Source: Macrostomum lignano (lineage: Eukaryota). Taken from it: a stretch of DNA of 64,000 bases. Positions 57,660 to 64,000 of the stretch are shown one piece after another; within the stretch, counting starts at the first letter, position 1; every line of letters begins with the position of its first letter. A model generated the notes under the pieces. The model ran no database searches and was not told the origin of the DNA. It worked only from the letters and a program-made list of their open reading frames with translations. The position numbers were made by a program, and so were the translations under genes. The stretch lies in the NCBI GenBank assembly GCA_002269645.1, contig NIVC01001097.1, positions 186,001-250,000 on the forward strand. Direction: 5' to 3'.

Positions 57660-58277
57660 CTATAGTATTTGTCATGCCATCTCAGCCCAGAGACATCCAA
57701 ACTCAGCCAGCCCATCTCAACAGTGCGATTTTTTACGTAAGCCAGTCAAGTTTTACCATAGACACGCTTCTTAAAGCCATGCCATCTCAGCCTGGGACAT
57801 GCAATCTCAGCCACTTTTCAGATTCTTACTGACTTTTCTTGCTGCGTTCATTCATTGCTGTTTGTTGCCATTTCATGTCACGTTACAGAAATGATAGCAT
57901 TGAGATCTGTTTGCAATTGAAATCTATATTGGCTGAGATTGCATGTCCCAGGCTGAGACAGCATGGCCCCAAGAAGCATGTCTATGGTAAAACTCGACTA
58001 GCTCGAGCCAAAAAACGCATTGTGTCATGCTGTACGCTCATTATTCCACGCTTAGGAATCATTATTTTAGGCTTCTAAAAATACATTCATGAGACAATGT
58101 GTTTGTGTATATGGTTTTGTCATAGACAATGATAAATTTTAGTCACTCGTGGCTTCGCCACTCGTGAAAAACCTATCATTGTCTACCTCCAAAACCATAT
58201 ACACAATCTATCATTGCGGAATGGGGCTGGCTGAGTTTGGATGTCCCTAGGCTGAGACAGCATGACAAAAGCTATAG
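57660..58277. mobile_element. Foldback-type MITE with long inverted arms
   Basis: 57660-57720 pairs with about 58219-58277; 57725-57815 pairs with 57929-58020. Confidence 0.7.
58103..58206. mobile_element. 104-bp palindromic mini-MITE nested in the foldback
   Basis: TTGTGTATATGGTTTTG...TAGACAATGATA / TATCATTGTCTA...CAAAACCATATACACAA around a CACTCGTGGCTTCGCCACTCGTG core. Confidence 0.65.
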
Positions 58278-58643
58278 TAGCAGCCATAAAGGAAAATTTG
58301 TTAATAGATAATACGTTGATAAAATGTCCTGTGCAGTCATTGTAAAAATAATAATAGTTCTTAATTTAGTCCTTTGCAATTCGGAAATTCCATGTAAAAA
58401 AGGGTGACATGCTCTTATTGGGACTCGAGTGCTACGTGAGTGTAGTATATAATATTAACCCTTCCTAACCCGCTAATGCATTCATTCTACTGCCAAAACT
58501 GCATGGTCTTCAACAAAGTTTGCAGCATTTTCGAGTTCAGCAGCCTACTTGACTTCTCCGCAGTACCTACACTCTATATAAAAAAACATGCATCGATCGA
58601 TCCAACTGAAAACTTTAGCATACGTTTTTGCTTTTCAAATCAA

Positions 58644-59789
58644 TTAAGATTCGAGTCCGGGCTCGTTCTGACCGCGGATTTCCGTCACCGCCGACCGGTC
58701 CGGCAGCTCCGGCTGGCCGCCGCCGCTGATCTCCGCCGCTTCGCCGGCGCCGCGGATCGACACCCGTCGGGCGTGCCAGACGTGTAGGCGGAGGCTGGTC
58801 GCAGCTTTGCGCAGCACCCGGCGCAGGCCGGCATTGAAGGCGACGGTGATGCACGGCACCGCGGCCGAGCTCACGAAGAAGCAATAGTACAGTGTGAAGT
58901 CCATGCCCATGGCCAGCATGTTGTCCAGCACCATGGGCATGAGGCTGACGAACTGCACCAGGTTGCCCAGCACCAGGCCCAGCAGGGGCCATCGGGTCTG
59001 CTCCAGCGAGCCGCGCTGTCTCCCCTGCCCCTGCCCAGCTCCGGGTGGCGCGGACCGGGCGCGCATCAGCAGCAGCGCCGCCGTGCCGGCGTAGGCGCCC
59101 AGGGACAGCAGGTAGCTGGCGATGGACACGATCGCCTTGGTGACGGTGTTCACCCGGCTGTATTCGGCCATCAGATCGCAAGCTGCCGCGGTCGTGGCGG
59201 CGCGCATGACGCCAATCCAGCGCCAGGCCTGCAGCGCCAGCTCGGCGGATGCCATGGCAACCAGGCCGGCAGCGAAGATCAAACGGACTTTGCGGCGGCT
59301 CCAGCGCGCGCTGGCCGGGGCCGCGATGGCCAGCAGCCGGTCGAGGGCCAGCAGGCCGTAGACGTAGATCTCAGCCCCGATGGCGAAGTCGCGGAGGCTG
59401 AGCACCAGCCTCAGGAAGGTCACCCGCCGTAGGTCGAAGCCGTTCTCCGTCTCGGCATGCCAGTGGACGCTGACGAGCCGCTGTCCGGTGGTCCGGTTGT
59501 GGTAGCCGACGCCGATGCGGAACAGCAGTGCGAGCAGCAGGCCGGCCTCAGCCAGTTCGCACCAGCTGAGCGCCAGCGTCAGGAACCGGAAGCTGCGCCT
59601 CTGGATGGCGCTGGGCCGGCGGGCCAGCAGCCCGATGATGAAGCTGTTGCCAGCCAGGGCCACTGCGCAGATCACGGCGTAGATGACGAAGAAGGTGGCT
59701 CCTGTGGCGGCCCGGCCGCGGTACTGGTAGGCGGGACAGGCGTCCGGCTCCCCAGAGGTGTTCATGACGTGCGCTGGCGGCTGCGTCAT
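58644..59789 (-). CDS. Divergent class A-like 7TM receptor, intronless, 381 aa (candidate chemoreceptor/orphan)
   Basis: Seven hydrophobic segments; TM1 GN (ALAGNSFII), TM3 end LALDRLLAI; N-glycosylation sequon NTS; no NPxxY. Confidence 0.82.
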   Translation of the reverse strand: MTQPPAHVMNTSGEPDACPAYQYRGRAATGATFFVIYAVICAVALAGNSFIIGLLARRPSAIQRRSFRFLTLALSWCELAEAGLLLALLFRIGVGYHNRTTGQRLVSVHWHAETENGFDLRRVTFLRLVLSLRDFAIGAEIYVYGLLALDRLLAIAAPASARWSRRKVRLIFAAGLVAMASAELALQAWRWIGVMRAATTAAACDLMAEYSRVNTVTKAIVSIASYLLSLGAYAGTAALLLMRARSAPPGAGQGQGRQRGSLEQTRWPLLGLVLGNLVQFVSLMPMVLDNMLAMGMDFTLYYCFFVSSAAVPCITVAFNAGLRRVLRKAATSLRLHVWHARRVSIRGAGEAAEISGGGQPELPDRSAVTEIRGQNEPGLES

Positions 59790-60269
59790 CTTGGCTGGGG
59801 GCGGGAAGTGCGATCAGATCCCTCAAGGTAGAAGAATAAGTGCAGCGCGGCTGTCTGCTTATCAACCCGGCCCACCCGCCTCCTTGCACTGCAGCCAACC
59901 AGCCGAGTCCTGGCGGGAGGAAATGCCAGGCAAGCGGTTCCGTCCATGGCTTGTTCCGAATTCGGCCGACTTCCTTGCTGGCAGCTCCGAGAGCGTACGG
60001 CAGCAGCCTTCGAGATGGGGAGTCGAGATTCCAACCCTGCTGCGTGTTTCTATGCAGCTGGATTTGCACTTTTAGCTGGTGGAACTGCGCGCAGTTGAAG
60101 TGAATTTGCATCACTGCCGAGCTGCAGGGGGCTGCCGCATGGCTGCTCGACAACAAAAACTGCAGCGCAGATATTCAAGAAAATTTATTGTCGCTAACTG
60201 AATCAGCTGAAGGAAGGAACTGCTGTGGCGGTGGCTGCATGAAACATTCTGAGAGGAATCTGAACCACA

Positions 60270-60630
60270 CCATGCTGCATGGAGGCTGGAGCCTACCGGC
60301 GAGTCACTCTACCGTTCACAAAATTCCTCCCGAACTCCGCTAGCTTACAAGCGGTGGCTACCTTTCAAATTGTAGTTGTAGGCCGACTCAACAAGTGAAT
60401 TTAATATCAAACTTGATACCCTCTGTATGCAAGCAGAAAACTTAACTGGCCAGCAAAACGGCCCCATACAGTCGCTGTCGGAGTCCTACACAAGGGCGCC
60501 TGAAGTCGGACATGGACTCCTAGGTGCTTGCCTTAAATATAGTCGTCCATGAGTCAGACACCGCATTGCGGCTTATATAGAACGGATGACTCACTTCTGG
60601 CCCGTCAAGCCCCTTCACTGAACTGACTGC
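60270..60630 (+). mobile_element. Possible decayed RTE-clade LINE 3' end
   Basis: WRLEPTGESLY resembles the RTE W..HPTNE.LY motif; tail GTCGTCCATGAGTCAGACAC...ACTGAACTGACTG resembles RTE 3' tails. Weak. Confidence 0.3.
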
Positions 60631-63600
60631 TTACTCAGAGAATAAAGAGAGCAGTTGGGGGCAGGTGTTACACAGCAATCGCTCTGGATCTTTAATTATC
60701 TCTGAGACCCCAACTGACTGCCCCCATTCGGCTCTTTGCATCCTAGGATTTCAGAGTTGTTGGATCCAACAGCTCTGCTTCATCTGCTTAGCTTTCTGCG
60801 TCCTGAAAATAAAATCAATAGTTTGCTTCATCTTAAGCAATATTTATCATCTCGAAACAGGAGTGAATCACCGAATTTCTTACATTCATTTACTTTATGT
60901 TGACGCTCAGGTGCTTATTTCGAAATCCACGCAAAATTTGTAGTACAGGGTAGCAAGCGGAATTGAATTCGTAAGATTGCTCACAGCGCTTGCTTGCTTA
61001 CTATACTACTTACAGTACAGTTGCATCAGACTGAAGCCAAGCTGGTTTATTCCAATTGATGTCAAAATCCTTATTTTAGGATCCTTAACTGAAATGAAGT
61101 CTGTACATACAGTCGCAGACAGCGAGTGTACAGCAAGCTTGGTCAGATATGGGCATTTGCAACTCCCACCCTTGTATTATTTTTTCTAATTTGACTGGCA
61201 GCTTTTTTATTTTCTCATACAAAGCTCAGACTAGATTTTTCGTTAATAAATGCTAGTACTTGTTAGCTCCAGCTCAGCTCAGTAGCCACTTGTCCGCATT
61301 TCCGTTCCGTACAAAGTACAATCGAGTCGAAACACACCAAGTTACGACGTAAAGTCTTCGACTAATTAACCCATAGCAAGTACGTTTTAAATACAGGGTA
61401 CATTCAGAGAATTCTTATATCGTAAATTTGTGCCTCAGTAAAAATCGAACTTAAGCCTAAGGTCTTTTGTGATTGTGGTAAGCTGCCGATTCCAGGCAAG
61501 TCTAGTGGAAGAAATATAGGCCTAGCCTAGTTCCATACAAGAATGCATTCCGTTTGAGCTATTATAGTAAGGTGACTGCTTATTACCAAACCGTAGGCTT
61601 AACGCTTAATGTCTTAACAGTTTGGCTGACGAGACTACAATGGTAATTCCCTAGCCTACGTAACGTACGTACGATTTAGCCTACCAACCAAGTAATTGGC
61701 TTCTAATTTTATTCAGTCACTTAGCGGCTTAGCCTTAGCCCTTCATATTCTCTGGTTAAGATTAAGAACAACTGATTTAATCAACTATTTATTTAATTCA
61801 TTAAGGTTTCAACAACACTCAATAGTAGCCTAGTCCTTGGTGTCACTGTCAAGCCTAGTCTAGTCCTAGATCAAGTCAAGGCCAAAGACAAAGGCTTTAA
61901 CTATATTTTAAGCTGGGTTTATTTATTGTGCGATAGGGATGTTTTAAAAATCACAGCCTCAAATTTGACCTTGGATGCGATTATTGCATCTTGGACTCTT
62001 GGTGCTCATGAAAAAAACTAGATCTATGCCAGATTTTCCATCTCCATTCTCCACGTATTTTGCTTTTGTCCCGGAATCGAATTTCTATACTTACTTTTGA
62101 AGGCTTAGCCTTAAGTCCTATGAAATAGATTAAGTCATTATCTACAGAACATATACCGCCTAATTTTACAACTATAAAAAACAAAACCTTATATTGTAAG
62201 TAGAGCAGAGCAGAACCATGTTTTTGATATTATAAGTAAGCATTTATTGAAGTTCAATACGTACAATTCAATATATATAAAATGTAAATGTAAAAAACCT
62301 TAAAACCTAGGTCTATGATGTATAGTATCATTATCACTATCTACTTATTTTAAAAACGCAAGGCCAGGGCCAGGGGCAAACGATGCATATGGAGGCATGA
62401 TTTGTTCCAAGCAGGGCTGTGATACATGATACGACTTTGTCGCACAGCCAGCAGAAACAAGTGTAGCTCCAATATTCCATTTTAGTTAGGTACAAGTACA
62501 ACGCGCAGCACAAATCGGGGTAGACAGCAAAGCCGAATAATCCAAGTCAGCACAAAAGACGGGGTATTGAGCTGCGCTTTAATCTGCATCTCACTACCCA
62601 TGTCTTTCATGTAGACAAAGAACCAATTTCAGATATTTATACTTACATTTGGAGAACAAGATGAAAATGTCCTCACCACGTGACTAAGCGGAAAAGCAAC
62701 GAATTCCGATGGAAGCGGATAGGTTTTCAAGACTTATTTTTGGAACGCAAGGGCAATGAAAACGGAATAAAGAAACATAAAACTCACTACAAAAAGACGA
62801 CTACAGTAGAGTTAAAACAAAAATGTACATTTTTTCGGTACGAGATTTTTAAATATCATATTAATACTCAACAATTTTTCAAAATTTTAACTTTTTTAAA
62901 TAAACTTCAATTAGCTACTTAAGCATTTATACTTTTCTAATAACAAAGGTGGAGATATCTGTGCCATCGAGCGTTCCGTGACATCGGTGCGTTACTATTG
63001 GATGCTTTAAAGTGTTCCTGTGAATTCCGTGCATCAAATCAAGTCAGTCAGTAATGGGAAACCAGCCTTAAAGTATAATCACATTGCGTATGAATTTCTA
63101 CGAAATAATAAAATCCACTAATGGTTTAAGTTATTGGTTAGCATTTATGAGTTCAAGTCCCTGAGTCCGCCCTGTTATAACTGAAAGATTTTATGGCTTG
63201 ACTATAGAATAATTTGACAGTTTGACAGTAATTGGACAATTTAACTCCAATTAAATAGTTTTTAGTTTAGTTAGTATTTTTTCTACAAAGACAGGTAACG
63301 GAATATTTAAAGATCAGCTAAATATTTCTTAAAGATTGATATGGCTTCCACAATACATGATTAATTTACTCATTGTTTAAATGTACATGTACAATTATAA
63401 ACGAAGTGTCCGGCCCACTTGTTTTGTTTTTCAATTCAACTATTTTGCATTCACTAAATGTACACAGCTACGATGTGCCTACTAAGTATGAATTCTTATC
63501 AGAAAAGTAGCTCCGTCTCTCCATCCACGTAAGTAATTCTATACTGCTCAAGCACATCCACCTCTACTGCTTTGAACAGTGCATACGTAGTTTGAATTCA

Positions 63601-64000
63601 GGTATGAGCAAGGTGCCAGGCGGCTCTCTTAGAGTTCAGCAAGCCACATCCGCGTACATCATGCACGTTGTTAAGCATTGAAAAATAATCGAAAGCAAGA
63701 ATTTCGATGCATATTTTGCTGCAGGATTAACAGCAAAATATTAAACGTCAAAAACAAGGCAGGATGAGCTTTAAGATATATAATAATTGTCATATAATAT
63801 TAATTCTAGCACAGTTTGCATTCGCACAGAGGTCCGCAATGCACTGCCCAAGACCAACCATTACTTTCGCAACCGCATCTCAAATCACCAGCTCTTGGCG
63901 TTAAAAAAGGAAATTATAAAAAGCAAACAAGCGCAGAATTGAATGCGGAAGTCCGGGGCAGCTGCGGCCTCAGCCCGCGCGCTGCGCACCAGCCGGCGGG

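Noticed and set aside
59248-59261. X-box-like GATGCCATGGCAAC (also a half-site at 26399-26412)
   Set aside because: Both lie in coding sequence and miss the consensus at key positions.
63120-63170. tRNA/SINE-like A- and B-box fragments (GAGTTCAAGTCC)
   Set aside because: No cloverleaf and poor spacing; may be chance.
63940-64000. ETS motif and CpG-rich start of a probable next gene
   Set aside because: Truncated by the window edge; nothing can be called.

Overview
Eukaryotic (animal) genomic DNA. GC-rich exons, introns filled with minisatellites and AT-rich TE-laden spacers resemble the flatworm Macrostomum; this is an inference from sequence style, not a database match. Six protein-coding genes are supported: numb (+, 7 coding exons, 5343-11126), an intronless class A GPCR (+, 16659-18290), a FAM149/DUF3719 gene (-, 7 coding exons, 19066-26777), RPS29 (-, 55 aa, 28217-28384, missed by the ORF track), an SR-protein kinase SRPK (+, about 45991/46331-54452) and a second, divergent intronless GPCR (-, 58644-59789). 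Region 28.5-45.9 kb is a CpG-depleted nest of DNA transposons: a complete non-autonomous Helitron carrying a 5 kb satellite with a 69-monomer higher-order repeat, a Mutator/Foldback-like element, a Merlin transposase relic and several MITEs. Most notable: (1) a TA-flanked MITE family carrying the 28S rRNA helix-69 segment targeted by R2/Pokey/I-PpoI; (2) near-total CpG decay of its second copy; (3) most long introns holding their own unrelated tandem array; (4) two RFX X-boxes at the FAM149 gene; (5) a Musashi-element cluster behind numb. Exon models were built by hand from splice consensus and phase continuity; no searches were run.
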